DNA of 64,000 bases from Magallana gigas. Its lineage: Eukaryota. A program made the translations under genes and the position numbers. Below the pieces are notes generated by a model. The model saw only the letters and a program-made list of their open reading frames with translations, had not been told where the DNA came from and did not search any database. Numbering within the stretch: position 1 is the first letter of the stretch; the number at the start of each line of letters is the position of its first letter. This document shows positions 43,511-58,461 of the stretch, piece by piece. The stretch lies in assembly GCF_963853765.1 (NCBI RefSeq), contig NC_088858.1, positions 41,354,001-41,418,000 of the forward strand, read 5' to 3'.

Positions 43511-45192
43511 AGTCTGTATAGCCATTGTGTTTGTTTCTAAACTGCAGAGGTATGCCAAACTTTCGAACACAAGAACTAGAATTTGTAACAAAAACAGATA
43601 AATTTATTGTATTTTGTTCTTTACGAGCTGTATATGACTTTTTAATGCATACAAATTTTGACTGTAACAGTTGCAAATATATAAATGTGTTGGATAATTA
43701 CTTCTTTCAACAGATCAATTAATTTAGATTTCTAATAATGCAGGTATCTATAAACATTTTGGAAAGATAATTTAAACACAATAAACTGCCTTTTCCGACA
43801 TTTCCGTCTCTGACGACATGCATTTTTATTAAGCTGACTACTTTTATACCTTTTTGCAATTGGAAAAAGACAGTGCAGCGTTGAATTTTTTTTTCAAGGA
43901 ATACTATACATTTCTAATCGAATTCACGATAATGAAAAACTCTTTTTGTTAAACACTTTTACTAGTGTTTATTTTTTTTAAAAATCGTTTTTTGTTAAGT
44001 TAACTACTTTCAGTACAAAACATCTTTGAAACATCGACAGGGTTCAAAAGATATAATAATTCAGTAGCATTAAACCCATGACAATATCTGTATATTCTGG
44101 ATCAGGACATTTGATTTACGATCTGTTTATCAGTCATGAAACCCCCACCAAGGAAAACAACACAAATTGAGCATTATCTTTTATTTTTGAAATATACACG
44201 CATCTCTTTCTTTCCTTCAAAAAACTACTATAATGTACATGAATAAATAAGCTACTATCTAAAACGGAGAAACAATTAATCGTGATCACTTTAAGAGACG
44301 TTGGCAAGTTTTATCACAGAAATCATTTGAAAATCCAACGAAAAAAGGAAAAACAAAATATAAACCAACACGGGATGCTCTATGAATCAGCTTGGACGGA
44401 TTCCTACACACATATCACAGATTGGCTATCGAGAATAATAAATACACAACTGTTCTTCATATTTCAAAAGTGAACACCGCTGATTAGAATGTTTAAGTCC
44501 AAGATGTGCACTTCAGTTTATTAGAAGGGAAAATGTCACAATTTTATGGCAGAGAAGGACCAACGCCAACCATGGTCCATATTGATATGAAATATGTAGT
44601 GCACATGCCACTATCGAAACCTGGGTTTAAATGACATATATTAAATAATACCATTGTAAACTAATGGAGTTGCTATCTAACTTTCGTAGTACATGCACAA
44701 CTTACAGTTCGTGCAACATACTATTACACATATTTCCTCCTAGTTTAAAGGAAAGGATAGATAACCTCTTGTAACGTTCTATAGGATCTAGTCGAAAGAA
44801 CGCGGCTTATCAAAGTCTAGATTCGTGGAGATTTCCTAACATTTGAATGTTACAGCATAGATAAATAATTATTAAAAACAACCAGCATGAGAATTTAAAT
44901 AAGTAGAAACCATTCATGTATAATGTCAATGTGATAAACTAAGAACATGGCAATCTTGAATTTTCCCAATCAAGACTGACAAACAAAATGAATAAATTAA
45001 TTTCCTAGTATTATTTTCAATGTTTGATTTTGTCATTCAAGTTACAAACATTGACTCATCCTCAATTTGATAATTGTCAGAGTTTGAGTATTACTTAGAA
45101 ATGACGTCATATAGTGATTTACACGCAATTGGTACATTTAAACAATTGCAAACTTGAACATGAAAACTAAACAACTACACTGTTTCCATTTG

Positions 45193-48100
45193 TCACGTTT
45201 CTACGGTTTCTAGAACCGTGGCATCGTCCTCTAATGTGTTGATGTTAGTGGAACGACTTCGCGCCATCATGGCGGTCTGATGACGTATTTGGGCCTCTTC
45301 TTTTAGATACTCGTTGTAAAGTTTGGGCTCCACGAAAACGAGGCCTGCTCGTGGTCTTACGTCACCGTCAAACTTGGGAGTCCAATTGGCTGAAAGCATA
45401 AAAAATAGAGGTAATGCAAATGGTAAAATATGTCATAATCGTTTTGCTCAAGATTCCTTAAAATATCACACAGATGATTCAATTTCATAACAGATTTAAA
45501 GATATTAGGAAAAAAATACTAAATTTATCATATATTTTGCTTAATTTATCACTGAAAATTACATTTAATATAAATTATGATTTACTACATTTGTAGTGAA
45601 AATAATGGTTTGGATGTTTGCATGAAAACTCATGCATTACTCGACTAAACTATACCGTCATTAAATTTAATACATATACAGAATTAATTAATCTAGAAGC
45701 ACAACGTTATTATTTGAGGCATGAAAACTCATGCATTACTCGACTAAACTATACCGTCATTAAATTTAATACATATACAGAATTAATTAATCTAGAAGCA
45801 CAACGTTATTATTTGAGGCATCATGTACATATAAGCATTTACTAGGGAACATGATTTCTGAATTAATCGCATGCTAGATAATACATCGGCATCGTCTGCT
45901 CTACAGGGAGTTACATGTACGTCATTATGGAGTAATCAGCAGATATGCATGGACTGCCTACAGCTTAACTCACCAAAGAGCCTGAAGAACCAGGACTGAA
46001 ATAAGGCAATACAGAATAAAACAGTATAAATAAGAACTGGACACTTCATTATTTTTTCGTGATTATTTTTTAAATGTAGAAACATTACAATTGACTTTAA
46101 ACGGCAAACAGTCCATGCATTGAAATAGTAAGAAAATCAGTTACATATATTAAAACCTGGATGACAAAATCGCTACAAACAAATGTTTGTTATTTAATGT
46201 TCTTCATTCCATAAATCTTATGATTTTGTAAGAATATTTTCGATATTTAGCCATGCTGAAGCTCTGACGCAGCCTTAATTGTGTAATTTGTTATCCATCA
46301 TGCAGGGGTCTTACCACCTGTAGCAAGCTCACCTTCAAAATGATCTAAAATACATACAGATTATGAGTGAATGCACGGCTTCATGCTTCTGTGTCGGTAT
46401 CACGATGCCGTATATATGGGGAAATATTACGATCTGTATACCTTGACAATTAGATCAATACCAAAGTTCCTCCTCAATTAGGTACAGTTCAAACTGAGGA
46501 ATCTATCGGACGAAATTGAAGTGTTTAATTAATTAAGACCCAATTATGGAATTGTGAATCATCTAAAACCCTCACATTTAGATATATTTTTGATGTGATA
46601 TAACTAATGTATATTGCAATAAAACATTTAATGAAGAAGAAGCAAGAAGTTATTGCAGATTCACATATCATATCAAGAACTAAAGGTTACAGTGTGGCAA
46701 TACAAAGCAATCAAAGAGGACATAACATAAAAAGCAGGGAACATCGCCCAGAACGATAGCAAAGTCTACAAATAAAGCTTGGCTAGACTTTTAAGGTTAT
46801 ATTACGTCTGGCTAACAACGCCACATCGCCATTGTCCATACATATACCTGACAGTGAGCCAGATTTGTGAAACAACAGCGATCTGACACTACACTGTGAC
46901 GGGTCTTTGGAAACTCTGCCTGTGAAATATAATGCTACTTTAACTACATGGTGAACCTCTACACGTTTAATAGAGTGAACAAGAAGCATGCATAGTGGTG
47001 TTTGCTGAAAGAAATTTGAAATATAGCTACAACGTCTAATTGGGAACAATGGAGAAAATAAAATCAAAATTTATTCAAAACTTTAAAATACTTACATCCA
47101 TGCCTACTACATGGGACTTTTTTGAAAACAAAAAACGAAAAAAAATTTGAACGGAAAAAAATGCACTCAAAACAGAGTACTGAAACATAATTCAAAAACA
47201 AAATTCTATGGGGTAGTATTAATGCGATTTTACGAGAAAGGATATTTTAACAATATATCCTACTAGTTTACAAATATATATACAGGCACCCCCATCACCA
47301 ATATTTTCAAATCACTCAACTCAATCCTCAACTCAAATCCTTAGAGGAAAAATGCAGCAATCCGAGGTCAAAATTCAGACTTAGGCTGAGTAATGACTTG
47401 AGGGAGGTTGGTGACGGTGGGACCAGAGTTACTAAGTCTGGCACATGCAATAACTTTTTTAAATCTTAAAACAGTACGAGTTATCTTTCTTGGCGACATG
47501 TGCCAGATTACCGCGTTGTCTCATGCTATTAGATAAAAGCAGTCTTACTAATCATGCATACCATAGGAACCATCGTCCGTCTTTTTTACCCGTCTGAATC
47601 CAAACTCTGTCATCTGAACACTGAGCTCTTGATCCGTGGAATTGCTATACTGTGCACGCGACCCGCTAGTGGAGGACATCATAGACTTAGGTCGAGAACC
47701 CGGGGAAGTCCCCACGCTATTGTTGGTGCGAGGTGTTGATGATTTCATGTGGCCAACATTTCGTGATTTACCTATGATTAAGTGGAAGCAATCAAATTGT
47801 GCATAAAAAAAGAAAGAAAGAAAGAAAAAGATAATATCCATTCATCTGCCTAAACCGAGTGATAGAGATTTTAGGTCTTTTTCATTGGTAGCAAAATCAA
47901 TGGATATGCATCTTCCTTCAACACCATTCAGACAGTCACACGGTGCAAAAAAAACTGCCACCTTGCATCAAAGATACAAGTACCAAAACCTGCCCCTGCT
48001 TTTGTTTGTTTTCAAAATAATACTTACAAAATGCACTTTCGGCGGATTCCATACTTGTGTCTATATTATACAATAATTTTAAGCAAAAAGAGATAAAAGA

Positions 48101-51100
48101 AATATTCCAACTGACAAAGAGAACTCTGCACAGAAAACGGCTTTATACACACACAAAAATACGTAAAAAAATTTAAAGCATGTAATTTATTTGGTGAACA
48201 CTCACCATAATTAATTTCTGACCCATTTCCATACACTTTAAGTAGTCGTCTTCGCAACTCCTCGTCCTTTTTCCTATGCCATTCTGAGTGCTTTTCTTTT
48301 CGAGCTTTTTCGTGCTCTTCGTGCATCCTGTGACGTTCATCCATTCTACAATTGTTCAAAGTACATTATGATATTAAGATTAAGGAGTGAAATCACTCTT
48401 GACATAAGATATAATATAGTAGACTATCATCCTTCTTTCCTTGATCATAAAAATACCAGCAGTAAAACCATTTATCTATCGTTTTATTTATAAGTTGCAG
48501 TATTTAAAATGCTGCATTTCTTACTCTTCTTCATCCTTTAGCTTCTTATGACTATGAGGCCTTGAATGATGAAGGAGATCCGATCTTTCTTTACGGTAAT
48601 ATTTATCTAAGCTGGCATTTGTTTCCTTAGCGTCCTGTAACGTTTGATCAGCCTTCTCCTTCACACTGTCATAGAGGTCCTCTGTCTTTCTAGTGAGAGT
48701 AGAGATCCTTCCATCCAAATCCGTCTTTTCTCGGCCATCCTGCTCCTGAATGAAGTAAGTGATAAGTTAAAATTGCATCAGAATCCCAAAGCTCATTCAT
48801 TCACTCACACAAATCCTGAGCATAAAAACACACCTCTTTGCGTCTAAAGCTTTGAGCGAGATACTCGGACCGACTCTCTACTCCACGTCGTGTGTCTGCA
48901 GTCTCTCGTCTGACTTTGTTCGTCTGATCCTAAAATGTTATTTATATATATTTTTTTTATAAAATGATTTTTAAAAAATGTGGGTTTTTTTATTCAATAA
49001 ATTGTAAAAACAAAAACTTTTTCTTATTGACTTACCCTGACAGACTTATCTTCGTCGTAATAATGCGAAACAAACCTTAGCTGATCTAAAAGACATTAAA
49101 TACGTATACATGTAACATTTATTAAACAAATCGTTGATTTTAAGCGATTAAGAGAAGAAATTGATACAATTTTTCCTCATTATAATACAACATATCGTAA
49201 AAACGTGCATGAGATTATGAACAAAAAATGACAGCAAGAATATTTCCTCTCAAGAATTCATGTTATGTTGGGAAACCGTGACCTAGAACACAGGGAAAAT
49301 CTTGGATAAAGTGCAACTACTTTTGAAGATGTTACCAGGTCAACTTTTTACCAACGTTGTTCATTTCTAACTTCTGGTTATTAGATAAGAAACGCAAATG
49401 TTAGTATATAGTGCCGAAATCTGTTACCTGGACCAGTCGAGTTTAAGTCTGAATCTACTGCGTAAAAGTTAACGAATTGTTAAACATTGTAGAATACACT
49501 GTCTACGTATACATTAAGCGAATACAGAAATAACACATAAGTTTCTAAATAAAACTAGTTAATAATGAAGTTGTTATATTCCAACACAACTATATAAGAT
49601 TACAGACATCATAGATGTTGATAATTCTCACCTCTAAGATAGCTATCCCAGTTGTCCATTGTGCTCATTTCCAAGTCGTTCTCGCTTCCTCCGGGCGTGC
49701 TATGTTTGTAGACATCCATCATTTTGCTAAACAAGACAATGTCATGCATTGGACCCGTATAGATTTGAGCGCGCTTCAACTGATGCATTTGGCGGACAAA
49801 ACGTCTCTGGTCCTGATACCGTCGCACGCTCTCTTGAATGGAAGCAACTCTTCTGGGAACATTTCGTCTGCGTCCGGAATTATCCAGTCTTTCCATATCT
49901 GCTAGACTAAGATTAGATTTATTTTTTGACCGAACTGGAGCAAGTTTATAATTCGGTTTTTGAGTTTTTCGTAGTTGCTGTAAAAGAAATTGTTCTTTTT
50001 GTTTGTTCCTCGCAAGTTGCGCTTTTTCTATTCTTCGTAGTCTATTTTGAAAATTGATTTCAGTAATCACATCGTCATCTTCTTCAGAAGTTTCGACATA
50101 GTCTTTATTTTGTTGAGTATGACCGTTTGTCAACACTGGGGTTTTTGATCGAGAATTGTCACGACTTTTTAGTCCTGGTTGAATCACTTCAGTGTCAGGG
50201 ATTTTGGAAGCTTTACGTCTGCTTCTAGATTCTCTATCTGGCGAATCGCTAGGCCGACTACTGTCAGGAACTGTTTCTTGTCTTGATTGCTTACGACTCT
50301 CCGCTAATCTCAGAGCTGCTTCTTGGTTTTCATGAGAGTTTTCTGGAAATTCAAATTCATCTTCGTCGTCTTGTTTTTCGGTATGAGCAGACCTAGACTT
50401 TGGAGTTTCAACAAAGGCGTCTTTCTTGTGTTCCTGATAATCAACAGGAGAAAGAGAAGGACTTAACACTAGATTATGCTTTGTCTGTGATTGTCGACCC
50501 TCTGTCTGTGAATGACGATCTTCGGTCTGGGAATGTCGATCTTCGGTCTGAGAATGTCGATCTTCAGACTGAGAATGATTTCCTGAATCTCTATTTGTTA
50601 CAAGTTCGACTTCCTGGAACTCAGTTCTTTCTCTTGAAATTGGTTTTCCACTATCTTTAGGTGAAACTTTTTGTTTGTTATTATCCTCTTTCTTTGGTCT
50701 GTGTTTAGTTTTTGGAGTACTAGTTGAAGGTCCCGGTTGATTTGTGGACTTGTTTTTCTTCTTTCCTTTTTCGCTCTCAGCAGCAATATTTGCTGCAACT
50801 AGATGCTTTTCCAAATCCTCTTCTTCTGCAAGGGATCCTGGTGTGTTTACTCCACTGTCTTCTCTTTCGTCAATTTCATCATCAGCATCAACTTTGTCTT
50901 CATTAAAGTTCTCTTCAAGAGTTTGCTTTTCTGATGTTTGCCTCTGATCTTCAACTTCTTGTTGAAGTTTTCCTGAAGTTTTCCTTGGGCTTTTCTCTTC
51001 TCGCTGTTTTTTCTCAGGAGTCTTTTTCCGAGGTGTGTCTTTTTGAGATTTTTCAGACGATTTTTTGTCTTTTTCCTCGAGTTTAGAGTTGGCTAACGAT

Positions 51101-54100
51101 TTTTCTTGACTTTTATCCTCACTTTTATTTTTTACCGATGTTTTCTTATCAGATTTCTCCTCACTCTCAGACTTACTTTGAGAATCTTTCTTCTGAGTTT
51201 TGTCGACTTCCTTAAGTTCAGGTGAAGTCTTTTCCTTATCTACTTTAGGCTGTTCACTAGACTTTTTTGATTTATCACTTTTACTAACAGTCGATTTCTC
51301 TTTCTGTAATTCACTTTTATCCTCTTTTGTGTTTTTTATTTTTTTATCAGTTCCAGGTTTCCCTGTGTTGTCTTCTTTGTTCTTACTCTCAGATTCCTTT
51401 TCCTCTTTATGAGCAGATTTGTCAACTTTTTCTTGATCTTTTGAATCCTGTTTTCCTTTCTTTTCTTTGTTTTTACTTTCAGATGACTTTTCTTCTTTAT
51501 AAGCAGATTTTTCAACTTTTTCTAGATCTTTTGTATCCTGTTTATCTTTCTTGTCTTTTGAAGACTTTTTGTCTTGTTCCTTTTTATCTTTTTCTTTTAC
51601 CTCCGGCTCCTCATCTTTATCTGGTTCCTTGACGTCTTTTTTAGGAGTTTTGGGAGTAGCAGGTGCACTTTTTTCCTTCTGAGATTCTTCAGGTTTTGTG
51701 TCTGTTTTTGTTGTATCCTTCTTGCCTTTTTGATCTTTAGATATTTCTTCTTTTTTACTACTATCTTTCTTTCCTTTACTAGGTGTTTTAGGTGCCTTGT
51801 CCTCTTTACCTTTTCCTCCTTTTTCTGTTTGTTTTTCTTTCTTTTTAGAAGTATCTTTACCTTCTTCTGTGGCTTCTGCAACAACAGCAGCCTGTTTGAT
51901 TTTTTCAGCCTCTGAATTTGCTTCCTCTGCTTCCTTTCTCAATTTCTCTGCCTCTTTTTTGGACTTTTCTGTTTCTCGTTTCGCTTTCTCTGCTTCAATG
52001 GGACTTTCTTTAATTGTATCGTCTTCTTCCTCTTCGTCCTCCTCCTGAATAGTATCAGGATCCTTTTTGCCTTTCTTATTTTTAGCCGCTAAAGCAGCTG
52101 ATGCTACTGCTTTTTCGTCTTTTTTGGTTTTTTCCTTATCCTTAGCTTTGTTACTTTCTACTTTTTCTTCTTTCTTTTCTTTTGCTGATTTCTTCTTCTT
52201 TTGATCTTGTTGTTCCTTTTCTAGTTTTGCCTTTTCAGCATTAGCCTTTGCTTTTTCCGCCTCTTGGTTTGCCTTTACAGCATCTTTCTTTGCCTCTTCG
52301 GCTTCTTTTCTGGCTTTTTCAGCTTCTTTATCTTTGACGTATCCCTTTTTCTTTCTAATAACTTTCTTGCCTTTCACTACAACCACCTCCTCATCACTTT
52401 CCAACTGGTCCTCCTTCTCTGGGTCTTTTTGTTCTTTCTCTTTCTTTTTCTTCTCCTGTTCCTTTTCGTTGCTGTCCTTTACTTCTTTGCTTCCCTTTCC
52501 TTCTTTGCTGTTCTTATCTTCTTTACTACTGTCTTTCTTTCCTTTCTTGTCTTCTTCCTTCTTCTCTTTTTCGTCAGCAACAACAACAGCAGCAGCAACT
52601 ACAGCTTCTTCTTTTTTATCAGTAGTCTCTTCAGGAGATGTTTTACTTTCTTGTTCTTTCTGGTTTTTTTCCTCTTCCTTCTGCTTCTTCTCTTCCTCTT
52701 TTTGTTTCTTTTCTTCCTCCTTTTTCTTTTTCTCTTCCTCTTTTTGCTTTTTCTCTTCTTCTTTTTTCTTCTTTTCTTCCTCTTTTTTGGTTTTTAATTC
52801 CTCTTCTTTCTTCTTCTTCTCTTCTTCCTTTTTTGCTTTTTCAGCTTCCTTTTTCTCTTTTTCTAGTTCCTTTTTAGACTTTGGTTTCTCTTCCTTGTCA
52901 GCCTCCTCCTGTTTCTCTGATTTTTTGTCCTGTTCTGCGTTTTCTTCTTCTTCTTTATGACTTTCCAAATTGCTCTTCCTAGATTTTGCCGATTTACTTT
53001 CCCTTTTATCTTTTTTATTCAATATATTGTCAATGTCACCACCAGTATTTCCTCCTTTGGATTTGATATACTCTGCTGTCTCTCTGTTGTCCTTCAAGAT
53101 TGCAGCATCGTACGGGGTGTACGATTTATCCTGAAGAAAGCGAAAACAAAGATTATCTTACGGCAATATCACAAGTATTCTAAATCCTAAATCAAGAACG
53201 TTATCCTCTCATACAGTGATTGAAAACAATTAAAATGACAACAGATTCGTTCGGATTCGACGGTAGTCAGGCACTCGCAATACAAATAAATCTCACAATT
53301 AGATGTCACTTCACGGATAGATAGACGACCGTTGGGACAAACTGAAGTAAAAATTAAACCGATTAGAATGGTAAAGATCACAGTCTGAGCAACACACACA
53401 AACTAATCCTAACTTAAATTACACCTGCTCTCTGATGCATTCCACCTCATGAGTTTATTGTTTTGTCGTGTTTGTTAACCTCCGATCACAAAGCACTAGT
53501 TCGTTTGTTGTCAATCTTCTACGTGTTTTAACACTGTGACTATGGTCTGTGTAACAACGAATGACTGAGTTATACGGATATTTACTGCCTGCTACCTATG
53601 AAAAAGGTTATCTGATAATTTTGACATACTACCGACGACTTCTTCTGAAACTTTAAATGCACGAAATCAGTGTATTGATCTAGCGAGTCCTAGACTACCG
53701 TATTAGAAGAAGACAATTATTTTCCTGCTTTCAACAAAAGTAACATGCATATAACATGGCATTATAGTCTCAGCTTTTCTTTAATTCAACATACACAAAA
53801 ATAAAAAAAAAAAGTTAATAGTGAAAGGTGATTTTTATAAGAAAGATAGTGATGTTTCAATTTCTAAACGTGAAACAAATTATTTACAACAGTTACAAGT
53901 GTGTGTGTTATAAACATTGCTGAAAATTCTTTAAACTTTGATCGTTCGATAGATACTTTAAATGCTACCTTTAAAACGTATTAAAAGTGGTTTAAGCAAA
54001 ATAATCAGTTATCAAAACATTCACAGAGCACAGAAATGAAATGTTATTTTTGTCAAACAAGCAGATTAGGATTACGTAATATTTAAATGAATTCACGTTA

Positions 54101-57100
54101 CCAAGAAACATTCCTTACCCGGTAATGATTTATCAAAGTATATAGTTTCCAACACTTGTGGCAGTTGGGTTAAGTTTAAAGCACGGTATTCCCCAAGAAG
54201 CACAATACACTCAACATTTCCGTTTTTGACAGATTAAATGACTAGATTATTCTGAGCAAACAGCCGTCTATATACTATTTCTGTAGAAAAAATCTATATT
54301 CTTTATCCCTTTCGAGAACTTGTTTCGTGTAACAAAAGTAAGGTATTATTTCATGAAGATTAAACCTTTAATTTTCAACAAGTTGCCCTTAGAATTTCAT
54401 CGGACTGAATTTTAAAAGAAGCATTTCTCTAATATCATTGAGGGGCTTAATTACCAACTATCACGGCACAAGTAAAAATCCAAACTGTTAATTCAAAGCA
54501 TGTGAAGTTATTTTTCTCTTTCATCACAATATTTTACCTTGCTTGAATCTTTCTTATTCTATGAATCAGACAAAATGTGAAAACGCTCTACTCAAAGTTA
54601 AATTCATCAAATTTGGGCTGTTTACATAATATGATTTAAACTTAATTAAAAAGGAAAATCACATTCCACGTATCTTTGATTTTTTTTATCAACAAAAGAC
54701 CAGTGGATTTAAAAAAAGAATAATAAGTTCAATGTTAATATCAGAACATTTGCATGCAGATATTTTTTATATGATATCCTAATATCCTACTTTATAAAAG
54801 ACAAAATAGTTCTAGTATGCGATCATTCTATAGCCAAAGCAATAATCTTTTACATAAACAGCACTCTAACCTCGCAATGACCTCCAATTTTTCATAAACG
54901 CCTTTGCATTTCTGCTAAAATTGTTTTTCTTAATGCAATATAAGATATTCTGTACATTAAAATTTGTGTATAATCTGATAATGCATTCATTGGATTGCAC
55001 AGAAAGATAAACCGAGCAAATACAATCATTTCACAATACACGATGCAGTTGTTTTGGAATTGCATTGAATAAATGGAATTTGCAATATACCGGTATAGGT
55101 ATAAACATGCATATGGTTGTCCAGTTTTATTTTAGTAACAAGAAATATTTGCTTTGATAATGCATTTAGTAGATTAATATTAAAATATCTAGCTCAATCA
55201 TTCTCCTATCTGATTGATTATGTTTTTAGACTTTTAGACTTTTATTTTACACTAAGCTACTTCGCAATATCAAAAGTCAAGACTTGAAATCAATCATAAC
55301 AATTATATCTTCCAACTTAAAGTTATGAATATTTTTTTATTTCAAACACTTTTGAGACACTGATCAGATTTGTACCTTGTGCATCATCAGAGAGTTTTTT
55401 TCTGCCCCGTTGTCCAGCAGCAGTTTACAGAGAGGCAGATTGTTAATGATGGCAGAAATATGGAGGCAGGTTCTGCCAGCATTGTTTGGAGTATTCACTG
55501 CATCAGGGGTGTTCTTCCACTTAAGCAGGTACTTTACCACATCTTAAAAAATAATGAAATATATGTTACTATAGCTGGAATCTTTAATTGTATTGAGAAA
55601 GAGAACCCTCATTGGATTTTGCACTTTAATCATAAGACTCATATATTTGTAACTGGGTCAGCATCCAATTCACTGCTACACAAAATGTTCCGTGTAGTAG
55701 CTATATTTTGCTTTACCAATCAATAGCATTTTAGAGGTGGGTCTTTTAATGGTGCCAGTTTGTACTTTTTAGTCCAGCGACTTACAAGAACTACGTATAT
55801 TTATATAATGTTTAAGGATAATTGCAAGTTAACCACAGAGACATGCGTATCATATCTTACTGGTCCTTTTTTATGAAAACTGCAATAATTCTTATAAATG
55901 GAAAGCTATTTGCTAAACAGTGTAATTAAATTTAATCCATAATTACATTAAATAAATGTAATTTGTCTTTAGGTTAAAAGACCATGCTAATGTCTTATGA
56001 AGGTTTACTGGGATATATAAACGTTACCATAATGTCCATTTTAATGTAAAATACTACTGTCCACCCAATATCTGAATTAAAGCCATTCATTTACAAATGT
56101 GTTATCTGTCTTGTTTATATCTGACTTAAGGTGTATTAGTATACTGACCGCAATGTCCGCCCTGAGCAGCCTCATGGATGGGGAAATCCCCCCGCCCGCT
56201 ACTACCCCACAGGTCGGCTTTACTCTTGTCCAGAATCTTCAGTGTCTCCACACAACCCTTCACAGAGGCACAATGACTAGGCCTGATAATGGAAAAAACT
56301 GTTAGTTAATGTAATAAAAACTTTTTTTTTCGCAAGATTTAAAGTCAAATCAAATCACTCTTAGAACCATTTTTCAAGTTGAGGCTTACAAGAATAAAAT
56401 ACTTTTCATATGATAATTGTGGTATGAAAATATAATTTAAAAAGAATTATGATAAATATTTGTTAATATAACAATAATGCTGTTTTATTCATCAATCTTT
56501 ATATTTTTTGGTCAAAATTGAAAAGTCTCTTACGTTCTCCCCCTGACATCTTGGTGGTTTGGATCAGCACCGTGTTTGAGTAACGTCTTTGTACAGTCTT
56601 TATTACCGAGGGTGACAGCATAAAATAGAGGGGTACAGCTATTTTTATCTGCTAGGTTTACATCTGCTCCCAGCTTCTTCAGTTCCTCTATACAGTGAGA
56701 GTGACCCCTAGAGGCCGCACAATGCAACGCTAGAACAAGAGAGACAACTCCGACTTAGGATAAAACTGTAATTGTGGAGGACAACTCCCAGAGCCCTATA
56801 CAATGCAGTTTCTGTACAAGCTAGACTTTAATTATGAGACAAATTATTACCTGAAAGCCCATCTTTATCAATAGCATTCACATCAGCACCAGCTTTGACT
56901 AATAATTTAATGGATTCTGTGTTTCCTGCATTAAATCAAAATAAGAGTAGATTAATATATAAGCATGCTGCAATAAAGTTTCTGTCACTTTTAACCAGAC
57001 ATTTTTGTCATAACATTTTATTCTAATCATTTATGCACCTTAATTGCATATTTACAAACTTTAAATCCAGCCAGAACCAACTGCAATTTTCAAACAGTGC

Positions 57101-58376
57101 AAATATCACCCGCAGAAGAAATCAATATGGATTAAACTCTTCCAGGGTATTCCTATTCTTCTCCATTGATATATGCCTGTTTATCTATACCCACAGAGTA
57201 AACTCTTTCCAGCTGTGAAGTAAACTTCAATTTGAAACTTATATACCTGCACTTGCAGCCCATAGTAGCGGTTGTCGGCCATCTTTGTCTGTGACATCGT
57301 GTGGCACACCACTGTCTAGAAGTTTTTTGAGAACCTTCTCCCCGACCTTTGAATCAGCATGGTTGCTGTCTTTCCCGTTCATCTGGGCAGCGTAATGGAT
57401 CGGGTACGCATTGTGACTGTCTGCTGAGGACAGCTCTGCTCCATTGTCAATCAGAATGTCAAGAATTTCCAGATGACCACAAACTGAAATGTCAAGGTCA
57501 CATGTTACCATAGCAACAGCTCATAAATAACAAACTCTGAATCTATGTTAGTGTTTTTGAGCAAAGTAATTTTGCAGTGTGCATCAAACTTATGATTTAA
57601 TTCATATCAAGGGTACAATATATTAATTGTAGATTATATTCCATTAAAAATATATATGCATACTGAAATGATTTAAAATGAACAAACAGAACATATTTTT
57701 AAGGCTAGTGCTTTTAGCGTTTTCAAACATATATCACACAAAATAACTAAAATATATAATTATATGCCATTAAGACGTTGAAAAAATATTTTTCTAGTGA
57801 AAAAAAGTATTAAACAGTACTATAAAAACTATGAAGGTTAATTAGATATCTACAGCAAAGTTCAGCTTGATTGAGTCAAAATAATAAAAAAAAAGTCTAG
57901 AAAGTTTTCAGATTCTATTCTTATCAACTATCTGTAGCAATTTGATGGATATATCCAATAATTGCTAAAGTATGTAGATTTATGCACATAAAAATTAAAA
58001 TAAAGGGATGAATTCAAAATTTAAACTCAAATTCTTTGATATATGATGTGATGAAATAATACTGTAATAATAATTGTGCTCGTAATTGCAGGTTTAAAAT
58101 TAAAAAAAAAACATAAAAAATCAAAAGGTCTAATCAAATAAAATATATTTTAACACAAAAGCATGCTAAATATCTGAATGTCTTGAATGTACTCACATGA
58201 ACCTTATGAGAAAGAAGTGAAAAAGAATTTATTATTAGTAATGTAATATCTTGCAGCCTGATGAAAACTATCGTCTATTAGTACAAAAGTAAGATATACA
58301 GTGATGTCAGTATACATGTATATTATTGCGAACCTGGTAATACAAACTTTCTATTAGGAAAGCTCGTTGATAGTAA

Positions 58377-58461
<85 letters not shown>

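Noticed and set aside
46783-47067. 94-aa minus-strand ORF in the last ankyrin-gene intron
   Set aside because: No phase-compatible acceptor in that frame and no domain signal; the 47562->45389 junction already closes the model.
49609-49631. ORF-track stop at 49609 as the end of the ankyrin gene
   Set aside because: A strong donor AG|gtgaga at 49632/49631 continues in phase through six further exons. The stop could only serve an intron-retention isoform.
51574-52960. Long plus-strand Phe/Leu/Ser-rich ORFs resembling membrane proteins (for example 52264-52797, 52334-52960)
   Set aside because: Reverse complement of the Lys/Glu-rich exon; the low-complexity T/C strand lacks stops by composition.
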